Positions 6,787-17,083 of a DNA stretch of 51,894 bases are shown here, piece by piece. How positions within the stretch are numbered: the first letter of the stretch is position 1; each line of letters opens with the position of its first letter. The notes under the pieces are model-generated. The model was not told where the DNA came from. It saw only the letters and a list, made by a program, of their open reading frames with translations, and did not search any database. Position numbers and translations under genes: made by a program. This DNA comes from a virus (lineage: Duplodnaviria; Caudoviricetes): IMG/VR virus record IMGVR_UViG_3300043419_001406, positions 1-51,894 of that record. One strand, written 5' to 3'.

Positions 6787-8427
6787 ATGTCGTTCGATCA
6801 GGTCAACATAGGGACGCGGGAAGCCCCGCTGATGGTGACGAAGCATCCCATCATACACACTCCGTCCCGCGAAGACCTGATAGACTTGGCGCGCGAGATA
6901 GGTCCAGAAGGCGTCGTCGAGGTGTTGAAGCGCCGCGAGGAAAAAATAAAGGCCGAGGTAGCCGACCCATACAGGCATGGATTCGAGCCGGATCATTGGC
7001 GCGAGGCCGACGGCCTGCTCATGTCCGGAAACGAGCTGCTTATCATGGGCGGAAACCGAGCCGGTAAGACCGAGTACGCGGCCAAGCGGATCATGCAGCT
7101 TCTCTGCACTAGGCCTAATTCGCGAATATGGTGCCTGCACACGACCTCGCAGACATCCATCCAGATGCAACAGGCGGTCATCTGGAAGTACATGCCGCCG
7201 GAGTTCAAGAACGCCAAGAAGACCAAGGTAACGAACATCCAATACTCGCAGAAGAACGGCTTCACCGACGCGACGTTCGTCCTGCCAAACCGGAGCCAAT
7301 GTTTCTTCATGAACTACGGTCAGGAGAAGAAGGTCATCGAAGGTGGCGAGCCGGACATGATCTGGTGCGACGAGCTTGTCCCTCCTGATTGGGTTGAGAC
7401 GTTGCGCTACCGACTAGTGACTAGGTCGGGCAAGATGCTCCTGACCTTCACCCCTATCACGGGCTATACGCCTGTCGTCAAGGAGTACGTCTCCGGGTGC
7501 CGCTTCAAGAAGACCCTCAAGGCGGACCTGCTTCCTGACACGCAGAACGTTCCCAACATACCCAAGGGCCACATGCCCTACACGGCCTCCTGCCTGAAGG
7601 GTTCCGCGAACGTTATCTGGTTCCATTCGATACTGAACAGCTACTCCCCGTTCGAGCAGATCAAGCTGGCCCTCAGGGGCCGCGGGCCGTACGAAGTCAA
7701 GATACGCGCGTACGGATGGGCCGAGTCCCTGTCTGGCTCACAGTTCCCAAGGTTCGGAGAGCCGAACATAATACCGGCCGACAAGATACCCAGCGAGGGC
7801 ACGAACTACATGGTCGTCGATCCGGCCGGAGCTAGGAATTGGTTCATGTGCTGGATGCGGGTAGATAAGAATGGGAACAAGTATGTGTACCGAGAATGGC
7901 CCGACATCAGCATGGGTGAGTGGGCTCTCAACGGCGAGAAGCCGGACGGCAAGCCCGGGCCCGCGCAACGCCAAGGAGCCGGCATGGGCGTCATCGAGAT
8001 CAAGGAGCACATACGCTCGCTTGAAGCCGGCGAAGAGATTTTCGAGAGGTACATCGACCCTAGGGCTGGGAACGCCACGGCCATAAACAAGGAGGGCGGA
8101 GTGACCCTGATACAACTCCTAGAGGAAGACCCGAACCCCATGTGGTTCACTCCGGCGGCCGGCCTCAGGCTCGAAGAGGGCGTTGGGATCCTCAACGATT
8201 GGTTCTCCTACGACCAGAACAACCCCCTCAGCGCCGTCAATCAGCCAAAGCTTTACATATCCGAAGACTGCATAAACACGATCTGGTGCCTGCGCGAATG
8301 GACAGGCCTCGACGGAGAGAAGGGCGCCAGCAAGGACCCCGTCGATTGCATGAGGTATCTCGCCGTCATGCAACCGGGTTACTCGGACGACAAGACGTTC
8401 AAGGCGGTCGGAGGAGGAAGCTATTGA
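6787..8427 (+). CDS. terL: Terminase large subunit
   Basis: Walker A GGNRAGKT, Walker B IWCDE, LLTFTP motif, nuclease motifs VVDPAG and KDPVDCMRY. Confidence 0.95.
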   Translation: MSFDQVNIGTREAPLMVTKHPIIHTPSREDLIDLAREIGPEGVVEVLKRREEKIKAEVADPYRHGFEPDHWREADGLLMSGNELLIMGGNRAGKTEYAAKRIMQLLCTRPNSRIWCLHTTSQTSIQMQQAVIWKYMPPEFKNAKKTKVTNIQYSQKNGFTDATFVLPNRSQCFFMNYGQEKKVIEGGEPDMIWCDELVPPDWVETLRYRLVTRSGKMLLTFTPITGYTPVVKEYVSGCRFKKTLKADLLPDTQNVPNIPKGHMPYTASCLKGSANVIWFHSILNSYSPFEQIKLALRGRGPYEVKIRAYGWAESLSGSQFPRFGEPNIIPADKIPSEGTNYMVVDPAGARNWFMCWMRVDKNGNKYVYREWPDISMGEWALNGEKPDGKPGPAQRQGAGMGVIEIKEHIRSLEAGEEIFERYIDPRAGNATAINKEGGVTLIQLLEEDPNPMWFTPAAGLRLEEGVGILNDWFSYDQNNPLSAVNQPKLYISEDCINTIWCLREWTGLDGEKGASKDPVDCMRYLAVMQPGYSDDKTFKAVGGGSY

Positions 8428-8431
8428 TACC

Positions 8432-8650
8432 ATGCTAAACCTACCCGCCAACACCCCTCCCCTGCTCCGTCTGGCCGAAGCTTCGGTCGTATTCAACCTG
8501 AGCAAGTCGACCCTGCTACGCCTAAGGCGGAGCGGATCCGTGAGAACATACAAGACCAACGGAGGTCAGTATATGTTCTACCGGGACGACATCATAGATT
8601 TCATAACCAAGAACACCAATGGCCTCGATAAAGTACAAGAATCACCCTAA
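8432..8650 (+). CDS. MerR/excisionase-like HTH_17 DNA-binding protein
   Basis: LLRLAEASVVFNLSKSTLLRLRRSGSVRTYKTNGGQYMF. Confidence 0.8.
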   Translation: MLNLPANTPPLLRLAEASVVFNLSKSTLLRLRRSGSVRTYKTNGGQYMFYRDDIIDFITKNTNGLDKVQESP

Positions 8651-10871
8651 TCAGCGCGACCAGCTGGCATTCCACAACAGGGTGCCGGACATACAGTTCC
8701 TGCTGAACGAATATCAGCGCTCGGCTTATCACGGCACCATGGTGTCGAAGATGAACTATGCCGACGATATTCGTCTCGCCCGCTGGCCCGGACAGACCGA
8801 CGACGGCAAGAAGCACAGCTACGCCCGCCCGGACGGAGATCCCGCGTTCCCCTTCGAGGGCGCGTCAGACGTTCGCATCAGGCTGGTCGACCGCCTCGTG
8901 CGTGAGCAAAAGGCCCTGCTAATGCACTCGTTCAAGGCATGCACCCTCAAGGTGGGCGGCACCGAGATCGGAGACACCATGGCGGCCGCGTCGGCCACGA
9001 ACCTGATGCGCTGGCTGATCGAGACCAAGATGAAGCTTGAGCTTCACAAGGAGGCCGAGCTCCACGCCGACTACATGCTAAATTACGGATGGTCCGTGGT
9101 GCAGGTCACTTGGGACCGCCAGATGGGCAAGCGCACCCAGACCATCAGCTTGGAAGAGTTGGCCATGGCAGCCGAGCAGGCCCGCATGCAGAACTCCGGA
9201 GACTCCATGATGGCCAATCTGGTCGCCGCGATTCAGTCCGGAAAGGACGACTACGCCGTTCAGCTCATGACGGCCCTCCTTCCGAACATCAAGGAGCCTG
9301 ACCTCAGGAAGTGCGTCAAGTCGATGCGCGAGACGGGTACCGGCTACATCGACGAGCCGTACGTCGCCCGCAACCTCCCCGTCGTTTCGGCCCTGAAGCC
9401 ATATGACGAGGTGTGCTTCCCGCCAGAAACCAGCGACCTTCAGAAGGCCCGCGTCATCTTCCGGCGTCAGTACGTCACAGAGGTCGAGCTTCGCTCAATG
9501 GGCGAAGTAGACGGATGGGATAAAGAGTTCGTCGAAAGCGCCAGCCGCACGATGGGAAATCATTACTACTTCAATGACCCCAATCTGGTTCCGACCACGA
9601 CGATGTTGAACTCCAACATCCAGCGCGGCGACAACCTTGTGGAGCTCGTATGGGCCTACTATCGCCAGCTGGACAAGGATAACATCCCGGCAATCTATTA
9701 CACAGTCTTCTGCCCTCAGGTCGGCAGCGAGCTGTACGCGAAGCAGGAGCTTCTGAACTACGCTCACAACATGTACCCGTTCGTTGAGCTCCGGATGGAG
9801 ACTTCGCGGCGACAGGTCACGGAATCCCGCGGAATCCCGGAGATATGCAAGACCGAGCAGGAGGAGGTCAAGGCCCAGCACGACGCCATCCGTGACCGCA
9901 CGGCCATCGAAGTGCTTCCGCCCGTCAAGGTGGTCAAGAGAATAGGAGCCCTGAATAGGATCGCACCCGGTCAGGTCCTGCCCGTCACCAACAAGGATGA
10001 CTACACTTGGCTCGAGCCCCCTGCCGGCCGTGCCGAGTACGCCTTCCAAGTCATCGAGCAGGTCGAAAAGAACCTTGGCAATTACTTCGGCTTCCAAGTC
10101 GGAGAAAAGCCCATCGACCCCGTCAAGATCCAGATGATGAAGCAGCTTCAGGTTGATAATTGGCTGATGTTCTGGACGCGCTGCTTCAGCCAGATGTTCT
10201 CCCTGTGCCTTCAGTTCATGGAAGAGGAAGAGGTGGTCCGCATCACAGGATCCCCGCTTAAGCAGGGCCTTTCGGACATCCACTCGCAGTATGACCTGAA
10301 CGTAAGGTTCGACGTCAGGGACGCCGACCCGGACTTCGTCCGCGAGAAGCTCAAGTCCATCGTCGAGACTGTCGTTCCGTTGGACGTTTCCGGGGTCATT
10401 GACCGCGATAAGCTGGTCAAGCTCGTCATCGAGTCGATCAGCCCGGACGCCGCCCGCGAGCTCGTCATCGACAAGGCAACCGCGTCCCAGAAGCTCTACA
10501 AGGACGTCACGAACGACATCGCCCTGATGATGCTCGGCAACGAGGCCCAATACGTCGAGAACGACCCTCAGGCCTCCTCGAAGCTTCAGTTCGCTCAGGA
10601 CATCTTGGCGAAGAACCCGAAGGCACAGCAGGCCGCTCAGGGGGACCGCATCTTCCAGATACTGCTGGAGAACTACATGAAGCAGCTTCAGTTCTCCGTC
10701 GAGCAGGAGAAGAACAAGCAGATCGGCCGAGTCGGCGTTTCGCCGGCATCGGAAAAGATCCAAGAGGAGTTCAGCAAGGCCCGAGAAGAGCAGGCCGCCG
10801 CCGCCGCGGAGACGCAGGCCCCCGCCCCTCAGGTCGAGACCCAGCCTCCTCCCGCCCAGATGATGATCTAA
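8619..10871 (+). CDS. Portal protein
   Basis: 750 aa after terL; FPFEGASD and SRGIPE motifs; long helical C-terminus. Confidence 0.88.
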   Translation: MASIKYKNHPNQRDQLAFHNRVPDIQFLLNEYQRSAYHGTMVSKMNYADDIRLARWPGQTDDGKKHSYARPDGDPAFPFEGASDVRIRLVDRLVREQKALLMHSFKACTLKVGGTEIGDTMAAASATNLMRWLIETKMKLELHKEAELHADYMLNYGWSVVQVTWDRQMGKRTQTISLEELAMAAEQARMQNSGDSMMANLVAAIQSGKDDYAVQLMTALLPNIKEPDLRKCVKSMRETGTGYIDEPYVARNLPVVSALKPYDEVCFPPETSDLQKARVIFRRQYVTEVELRSMGEVDGWDKEFVESASRTMGNHYYFNDPNLVPTTTMLNSNIQRGDNLVELVWAYYRQLDKDNIPAIYYTVFCPQVGSELYAKQELLNYAHNMYPFVELRMETSRRQVTESRGIPEICKTEQEEVKAQHDAIRDRTAIEVLPPVKVVKRIGALNRIAPGQVLPVTNKDDYTWLEPPAGRAEYAFQVIEQVEKNLGNYFGFQVGEKPIDPVKIQMMKQLQVDNWLMFWTRCFSQMFSLCLQFMEEEEVVRITGSPLKQGLSDIHSQYDLNVRFDVRDADPDFVREKLKSIVETVVPLDVSGVIDRDKLVKLVIESISPDAARELVIDKATASQKLYKDVTNDIALMMLGNEAQYVENDPQASSKLQFAQDILAKNPKAQQAAQGDRIFQILLENYMKQLQFSVEQEKNKQIGRVGVSPASEKIQEEFSKAREEQAAAAAETQAPAPQVETQPPPAQMMI

Positions 10872-10874
10872 CCC

Positions 10875-11141
10875 ATGACACCAGAATCCAACAAATACGT
10901 CCAAAACGCATTCGGCGCCACGGACCCGAACGCATCCGAACTGTTCAAGGCCGTGCTAGTCGTCATTGACTTCGCCCTCCAGATAGAGATGGGCAAGGTC
11001 ATGTCTCCGGCCACCACGGGAGAAGCTAGGGTTCACTCAGCCGGTAGGCTTGATGCGCTGAACGAGATTCTCGTGCATCTCCAAGACCGCCGGGACGCCG
11101 CTCTTAAGCCGAAAACGGGTCAAACCAGCGCACAGCAGTAG
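10875..11141 (+). CDS. Small head-associated hypothetical protein
   Basis: Position between portal and scaffold; RVHSAGRLDAL. Confidence 0.75.
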   Translation: MTPESNKYVQNAFGATDPNASELFKAVLVVIDFALQIEMGKVMSPATTGEARVHSAGRLDALNEILVHLQDRRDAALKPKTGQTSAQQ

Positions 11142-11217
11142 AGTGTATTGCTTTGCTGAATACGTCGACCATCAATCCTTACGTCTCTGCGGACGTTAAA
11201 CGCTGACCTCCATACAT

Positions 11218-12174
11218 ATGGAAAACGACCAACAGCCACAAGCTGATCTCGAACTTGGGAACGAGATTAATCCCCCCATGAACGAAAACGTTAGGCAAGC
11301 CGAACCTAACGCAAAAGAAAGCCCGGAAGATTTTTTCTCCCGGGTGCTGTCTGGCGGCCAGATAGAACAAACCACCGGCGTGGAGTCGCCGGAAGCGCCC
11401 GAGGCAGTAATGCCGGAGGCAACCACGGAAGCCGAAGATGCCGAGCAACAGGTTGACGATAGCACGGAACGCCCCACCACAGGCGTCCAAAAGCGACTCG
11501 CCAAGCTGACGGCCCTGAGGCGGGAAGCCGAGGAGAAGGCTAGCAGGCTAGAACAGGAAGTCGCAGAACTCAAGCGATCCAAGGCCGTCGTCCGCACAGA
11601 TGCGCAAAATCCATTCGCGCAGCTCGAAAGCGTGGGCGATATTCAGGCCGAGTTTGAGAAACAGCGAAAGATCCGACTATTTTGCGAGCGCTACCCGGAC
11701 GGATACTACCCTGAAGGTGAAGGCGAGCCGGTGTCGAAGGAGAACATAGCCAAGGCGAAAGTCAGGGCCCTCCAAGCCATCGAGGAAGAACTTCCCAAGC
11801 AGTTGATGTATCTCGAAGAAAAGGACAAGGCCAAGAAGTTCGCCCGAAGCGAGTTCAGCTGGCTCAATGATCCCACGGATGACAGGACGACCAAGGTCAA
11901 GGCCTTCGTTGATGCCATGCCCGAGATCAAAAGGTTCCCGGACTACGAGATATACGCTGCCCACATGGTCAATGGCATGATGAGCTACAAGGCTCAGAAG
12001 GCCGTCGCCCAGAATACTCAGAGGAGGGTTCCGGTGCAACCCAGCATGAGCAGCGCACCCGCGCCGCGGCCGCAGAAAAGCGACCCGGTTCAGTACGCCT
12101 CTAGCATGGAGCGCTACCGCAAGAGCGGGACGATCGACGATCTGGCAGATGTGTTCAAAAGCAAGTTCATCTAA
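11218..12174 (+). CDS. Capsid scaffolding protein
   Basis: Acidic disordered N-terminus, GVQKRLAKLTALRREAEE coiled coil, directly upstream of the capsid gene. Confidence 0.8.
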   Translation: MENDQQPQADLELGNEINPPMNENVRQAEPNAKESPEDFFSRVLSGGQIEQTTGVESPEAPEAVMPEATTEAEDAEQQVDDSTERPTTGVQKRLAKLTALRREAEEKASRLEQEVAELKRSKAVVRTDAQNPFAQLESVGDIQAEFEKQRKIRLFCERYPDGYYPEGEGEPVSKENIAKAKVRALQAIEEELPKQLMYLEEKDKAKKFARSEFSWLNDPTDDRTTKVKAFVDAMPEIKRFPDYEIYAAHMVNGMMSYKAQKAVAQNTQRRVPVQPSMSSAPAPRPQKSDPVQYASSMERYRKSGTIDDLADVFKSKFI

Positions 12175-12186
12175 CGACCAAACATC

Positions 12187-13530
12187 ATGGCTAATCTCTA
12201 CGAACGGGACTTCCAGAACCAGCGCCCCCTCCCCGGCGCCCGCATCGGTATCCGCGAGGAACTGAGCGACCTCATCCTCAACGTCGACGCCAAGGACACG
12301 CCCATCACCTCGATGGCCAAGCGTGGCTCCAAGCCCGGCAACACGACCTTCCGCTGGCAGGTCGACCGCAATCCCGAGCCCTCCGTGGAACTCGGTATCG
12401 TGGACGGCAAGGACGTTGATCCTAACAACATGGACGGCGCCAACGCCGGCCTCGGTGGCAACACGTTCAAGCAGTACACCGTCGGCTTCAGGACTGAAGT
12501 CGAGAACAACATCCACATGTTCCGCAGGGCCGTCCACGTCTCCAACCTGACGCAGGACGTCCTCAACATCGCGGGCGTCAAGGATGAGCTCTCGCGTCAG
12601 CTCTCGAAGGCCACCATCGACCTGAAGCGCTCCATGGAGCTGACCTTCACCTCGGACATCCTCCCGGTCCTCGATAACGGCACCCTGCCCTATCGTACCC
12701 GATGCCTCACGGCGTGGATCAAGCCCGAGCTGGCCTCCGCTCAGTACAACACCCAGACCAAGTATGGCATTCAGGCCACCAACTCGGCCGCGGGCAACTA
12801 CAGGCAGGAAATCCGCTCGATCAACGAGAACTTCCTGACTCCGTCGACCTCCATCGTCGGCACCGGCCTCACCGTCGACAATCTCTCCGAGAACGACGTT
12901 CAGGACGTGATGACCTCGGTGTACGAGCAGACCGGTCAGTTCCGCTCCCACGAAGCCGTCGTCGGCACCTCCCTCAAGAGGCAGTTCACGAACCTCGTGT
13001 ACACCCAGCGCGCTCCTGCCGACACCAGCAAGATCACGAACAACCGCGACGCCAACTCGGACACCATCAAGGCTTCCGTGGACGTGTTCGAGGGTGACTT
13101 CGGCCGTCTCTCGCTGATCCCGTCGCAGTTCCTGCATGCCGGCGTCAACCCCTACACCATCAAGTTCGTCGAGGGCGACGCCGCCGGCGAGTGGCACGTC
13201 TACGACGGCGACATCAGCATCGCCGCCAACCTCGTCGCCGTCAAGGTGACCGACTTCGTCACCGGCGCCACCACGGCTGCCCCGGCGAAGTACGAAACCG
13301 AGGCCGACGCCAAGAAGCACGTCAATCTTCACGCCCAGAACGCGAAGACCAAGGGCTTCATCATCCCGTGGGAGTACCTCGAAATCCGATACGGTGGCAA
13401 CATCGCGCAGGTTCGCGAGCTCACCGAAAACGGTGGTGGCCCTCGTCGCATGATGGAAGCCATGGCCGCTCTGGTCGTCCAGAGCCCGCTGTGCTTCGGC
13501 ATGTTCGACTACAAGGCTAACAACGCCTAA
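12187..13530 (+). CDS. Major capsid protein (SU10/DUF5309-like)
   Basis: REELSDLILNVDAKDTPITSM, FRWQVD, FRRAVHVS, DLKRSME and VDVFEGDFG motifs; strong codon bias. Confidence 0.9.
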   Translation: MANLYERDFQNQRPLPGARIGIREELSDLILNVDAKDTPITSMAKRGSKPGNTTFRWQVDRNPEPSVELGIVDGKDVDPNNMDGANAGLGGNTFKQYTVGFRTEVENNIHMFRRAVHVSNLTQDVLNIAGVKDELSRQLSKATIDLKRSMELTFTSDILPVLDNGTLPYRTRCLTAWIKPELASAQYNTQTKYGIQATNSAAGNYRQEIRSINENFLTPSTSIVGTGLTVDNLSENDVQDVMTSVYEQTGQFRSHEAVVGTSLKRQFTNLVYTQRAPADTSKITNNRDANSDTIKASVDVFEGDFGRLSLIPSQFLHAGVNPYTIKFVEGDAAGEWHVYDGDISIAANLVAVKVTDFVTGATTAAPAKYETEADAKKHVNLHAQNAKTKGFIIPWEYLEIRYGGNIAQVRELTENGGGPRRMMEAMAALVVQSPLCFGMFDYKANNA

Positions 13531-13542
13531 TCGTACGAGGTC

Positions 13543-13881
13543 ATGGCTGAGCTGCCGCCCATCCATGAAGCCATCCCGGGCGACCTTCTCCAGCCTATGC
13601 TGGAGGAGTTTCGCTCGGGGTGGAACCTCCGTAAGGTCCAAGCAGAGGCAGCTCGGAAGCTCATCGCCGAGACCAACAAAAATGAGCACCACTTTACCGA
13701 GGGTCTTGGCCAGCTCAAGGCCCGCATCCCCATAGACTTCTACCAGCACATGAAGTTCTTGTTCGGCCCGGACATCTGGCAGGACAAGAAGTTCTTGAAC
13801 CGAGTCCTTCAGGAGAACCCTGAGTTCAAGCCGACTGTCGCGTCCAAGGCGCAGATCGTCGCGCCGGGACTGCCCTTTTAA
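13543..13881 (+). CDS. Hypothetical virion-associated protein
   Basis: Follows the capsid gene; GLGQLKARIP...NPEF. Confidence 0.75.
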   Translation: MAELPPIHEAIPGDLLQPMLEEFRSGWNLRKVQAEAARKLIAETNKNEHHFTEGLGQLKARIPIDFYQHMKFLFGPDIWQDKKFLNRVLQENPEFKPTVASKAQIVAPGLPF

Positions 13882-13886
13882 CCGTC

Positions 13887-14597
13887 ATGGCCGAATATAA
13901 CAACGGCAGGGAGCGCCCGAGGAACGCCGGACCCACCCCTCCGAGCAAGCCAACTCCGCCAACCCCGCTTAACCAGCAGCGGACAAAAAACCCGAACGCC
14001 TACGAAAGTTCGGCGGACATAGTCGCTCGAAGGAATGCTGAAAACGCCCGCAAGGCTGAAGAGGCCGCTCGTAGGAACCCGATAGCTCGTCCGGGCGGTC
14101 CAGATAGGTTCCAATACTTCGAGAACAAGCCCCTGCCCCAGATGCCTCCGCTTCCGCGCGAAGGCATGACCGGGCTAGAGCCTCAGGCTAAAAACACATT
14201 ACGAACTCCGTTCCATCTCTATCCTAGCTTTGGGGGCGAAGAAAGCCCTCTGATTCCCGACAGGTTCCTAGGCGAAGTTGTTGCAGGAGCCTCTGGATCC
14301 GGAAAGGCCTTTACGCCCGAAGAGGAAATGATGATCGCCGAACAAATCATGCAGGCGCTGCAAGGGAAGAGGTTTGGCAATCAGGATGAATATAGGATGG
14401 ATGGAACATACAGTCCGTTCAGGATCAAGGGCGGCCCGGCAACGATATACGAAAACTCCGGATATGAGGATGAGAACGGAAGGCCCATAGCGACCGGACG
14501 TAGAGGCATGAGCGGTCAGCCGATTATGCCATACCTGCCTCAATTCCATGCTGACCTCGGCACCATACCGGGAGTCGGAAGCTACCTTATACCTTAA
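13887..14597 (+). CDS. Proline-rich hypothetical protein
   Basis: Fills the operon gap; TAATG overlap with the next gene. Confidence 0.7.
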   Translation: MAEYNNGRERPRNAGPTPPSKPTPPTPLNQQRTKNPNAYESSADIVARRNAENARKAEEAARRNPIARPGGPDRFQYFENKPLPQMPPLPREGMTGLEPQAKNTLRTPFHLYPSFGGEESPLIPDRFLGEVVAGASGSGKAFTPEEEMMIAEQIMQALQGKRFGNQDEYRMDGTYSPFRIKGGPATIYENSGYEDENGRPIATGRRGMSGQPIMPYLPQFHADLGTIPGVGSYLIP

Positions 14598-15376
14598 TGC
14601 GATACTCCAACTTCAGCGAAATCCTCCACTCGGCCTTGCAATTCTGCGGGCTGGACAGGAACCTTACGACCCCTGACAGGTTCGCCATGATCCGCGACTA
14701 CGCCAGCCGCAGGATCCAGCTCATCTGGGAGTCCAACGATTGGCCCGACCTCAAGCGTTACACCAAGTGCAACGTCGCCTTGGAGGACGGAAGGAGCAAG
14801 ATAGTCACTCCGGCTGATCTCGGCCAGCTCATTGACGTGTGGTCCATGGACCCGCTCGCCTCGACCAACTCGATCCAGCTCGACTTCAATGGCATCAATA
14901 ACGGCTTTTACCTGTCTGCCTCTGGTCCGTCTGACGTCTGGGTGGAACATCGACCAGACTCGCCTGTCCTGTCCGGAGACGCTTGGAGGGTCGCAACTTC
15001 TTACCGAAAGGGCTCTCAGGTCTACTACGACGAGGGCCCCGGCCTAGCCGGCATTGTCGACGGAGCTTCCAGCTTGGTTCCCGTGAACGGATACCCGTCC
15101 AAGGGCAACTTCTGGAATTACACGGGCGAAGAGCCTTCCGTTGCCGGAACCCCTCCCGACTTGGACCCAAATTGGGTCCGTGTGACCATCCCGCGCCTCT
15201 TTGCCGACTACGTCGCTCAGGGCTCCTTCTCCGATTACAGCCGCGCTCAGGGATCTCTTGACGTGAACACCCTCGGGTTCATCGAGAACCGGGCCGAGAA
15301 CGCCAAGGAGCATGCCCTTGACCAAGTGCTCCGACAGCAGGGCATGACGCGAAGGATCAATTTTCGAGGATACTAA
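14597..15376 (+). CDS. Head-tail adaptor / tail tubular protein A-like
   Basis: Position; IWESNDWP and IPRLFADY motifs; inserted CBM-like segment. Confidence 0.65.
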   Translation: MRYSNFSEILHSALQFCGLDRNLTTPDRFAMIRDYASRRIQLIWESNDWPDLKRYTKCNVALEDGRSKIVTPADLGQLIDVWSMDPLASTNSIQLDFNGINNGFYLSASGPSDVWVEHRPDSPVLSGDAWRVATSYRKGSQVYYDEGPGLAGIVDGASSLVPVNGYPSKGNFWNYTGEEPSVAGTPPDLDPNWVRVTIPRLFADYVAQGSFSDYSRAQGSLDVNTLGFIENRAENAKEHALDQVLRQQGMTRRINFRGY

Positions 15377-15379
15377 TCT

Positions 15380-15655
15380 ATGTTCAACAAGACCACCCCG
15401 CTAATCAAGCGGTTCAAGACGAAGACCTTCGAGGCCTCCGCCACCCCTACCAAGATCAACCCTGTCGAGCTCGGCGAACAGCGCATCCAGCTGCACATCC
15501 AGCCGCTGGACAACCATTGTGACATCACCTACAATGAAGGTGACACCGATGGCCTGAAGATCCTCAAGGACGGCATCTACATCGTGGAAGGCTACCAAGG
15601 CCCGCTGTACATCGTCGGCAACGGTACGGTCGTCGTCTACGAGGGCGTCATCTAA
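15380..15655 (+). CDS. Small beta-rich structural protein
   Basis: In the tail operon; TAATG overlap. Confidence 0.7.
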   Translation: MFNKTTPLIKRFKTKTFEASATPTKINPVELGEQRIQLHIQPLDNHCDITYNEGDTDGLKILKDGIYIVEGYQGPLYIVGNGTVVVYEGVI

Positions 15656-16758
15656 TGGGATCGTCGTATCTGCCCCCTCCGGAGCAGAACGTCGTCAACG
15701 TTGGCGATGAGATATCTGCGTCCGCGCTAGCCGCCCTACAAGCGGCCAGTCCCTCGCTGTCTCAGGCCAACCCTGTGGCGTCCGAGGACTATGTTGATGC
15801 GGCCATAGGAGGCATTGAGCCATCCGGAGCCGGCAAGATAGCGGACTACGATAACGGCAAGACCTACGCCGCCGGCGATCAGGTCGTATTCAATGACAGG
15901 CTGTACAAGTTCAAAGCCTTCATCGGGGCCGCCGGATACGCTCCTGATACTCATCCAGCCGCTTGGACCGAGCTGTCCGCAGGCATTCAGACTTCGTCTG
16001 TTAGGTATGAGTCAAGTAGGGCAAACGCCCATCATGTTTTGCTAACGGAGTGCGAGGTGTTTACTTCCGGGATGGGGGCGTTTAGCCAAACAGGGCTGTC
16101 GGCTATCACTCCGAATACTAGGCGCTTGATAGCGCCATCTTCATCTACGGGCTACGCAAGCTTCACCTACAACGCGACCATGCTTGCGGTTGGATGCCCC
16201 ATCGTACCCGGAACGCTGCTGAACAACCTAGACCAGCCTAGGCTTGATTGGTCTAAGGAGATAAGACTTTCCGCGATCGTTAAGCACTACGGGGCAAGCA
16301 CGTCCGTTGACGCGAACAGCCATTTCTGGCTTGGACTATCATCCAAGCACAACACGGCATTCATCCTTTCTAGCACTTACTATTTTGACGGGTTTGGATC
16401 CATCGGTATCACTAGGATAGGATCTGGACCAATAAACCTAGTGTACAAGGACAACACCGTCTCGGGCAGCCTTCATCAGTCCGACCTCCTTAACAGGGGC
16501 AATCAGATAAGAACCATTCCGACATCGTTTACGCCCGTAGATGGCAGGTCTGTCGAGTATCAGATCCACAGCAATGGCAATGGCGTCGTCAGGCTGTACG
16601 CAAATGGAATAGAGCTGGTCGCCGTATACAATGCCTACGCATCGCTCCCTCCAACCGTCGAGGGAGCAGTCATACACGCTGGAGTCGTCAATACGGCCAC
16701 CATGACCGGAATGAGGGCGGCCTGCTACGTCAGTAACCTCAAAGTCACATACGCATGA
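15655..16758 (+). CDS. Tail fibre / receptor-binding protein
   Basis: ASEDYVD neck motif, CBM5/12-like YDNGKTYAAGDQVVFNDRLY, beta-rich lectin-like C-terminus. Confidence 0.65.
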   Translation: MGSSYLPPPEQNVVNVGDEISASALAALQAASPSLSQANPVASEDYVDAAIGGIEPSGAGKIADYDNGKTYAAGDQVVFNDRLYKFKAFIGAAGYAPDTHPAAWTELSAGIQTSSVRYESSRANAHHVLLTECEVFTSGMGAFSQTGLSAITPNTRRLIAPSSSTGYASFTYNATMLAVGCPIVPGTLLNNLDQPRLDWSKEIRLSAIVKHYGASTSVDANSHFWLGLSSKHNTAFILSSTYYFDGFGSIGITRIGSGPINLVYKDNTVSGSLHQSDLLNRGNQIRTIPTSFTPVDGRSVEYQIHSNGNGVVRLYANGIELVAVYNAYASLPPTVEGAVIHAGVVNTATMTGMRAACYVSNLKVTYA

Positions 16759-16979
16759 CCAAGTACAAGGCAACAAAGCCGTTTGGCGGAAATGAAACCG
16801 AGTGCCCTCCTGCTTGGATTTCAATCGTGTTCCCGGATTTCAACGGAGAGCCAGCCTCCGTGTTCGGCGCGACTTGCATCATCGAGTTCGCCACCGAAAC
16901 CACCGTAATGCCAAACCCTAACGTCGTCATAGAGAAATGGAGCGAGACGACGGAAGCTTGGGAGCCTTTCCAACCATGA
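16755..16979 (+). CDS. Small protein, possible tail fibre chaperone
   Basis: ATGA-coupled to the fibre gene. Confidence 0.6.
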   Translation: MTKYKATKPFGGNETECPPAWISIVFPDFNGEPASVFGATCIIEFATETTVMPNPNVVIEKWSETTEAWEPFQP

Positions 16980-17083
16980 TCACCATCACCCTCCTCATCG
17001 TCGCCTTCCTTGGCGGCGTCTATGTCGGCGCTCGCTGGGCTGAAAAGCTCCGTGAGGTCTACACCTCCATCACCGGCAAGTAA
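16976..17083 (+). CDS. 35-aa single-TM peptide (MITITLLIVAFLGGVYVGARWAEKLREVYTSITGK)
   Basis: Manual translation; ATGA and TAATG overlaps on both sides. Confidence 0.7.
   Translation: MITITLLIVAFLGGVYVGARWAEKLREVYTSITGK

Noticed and set aside
8432-8650. Excisionase implying a classical integration module
   Set aside because: No integrase anywhere in the complete genome; such HTH genes between terL and portal can have packaging or regulatory roles.
11677-13749. 690-aa antisense ORF over scaffold/capsid (also 9495-10904, 1057-2220 and others)
   Set aside because: Shadow ORFs from strong GC3 bias on the coding strand; no motifs and unnatural V/L/D/G-rich composition.
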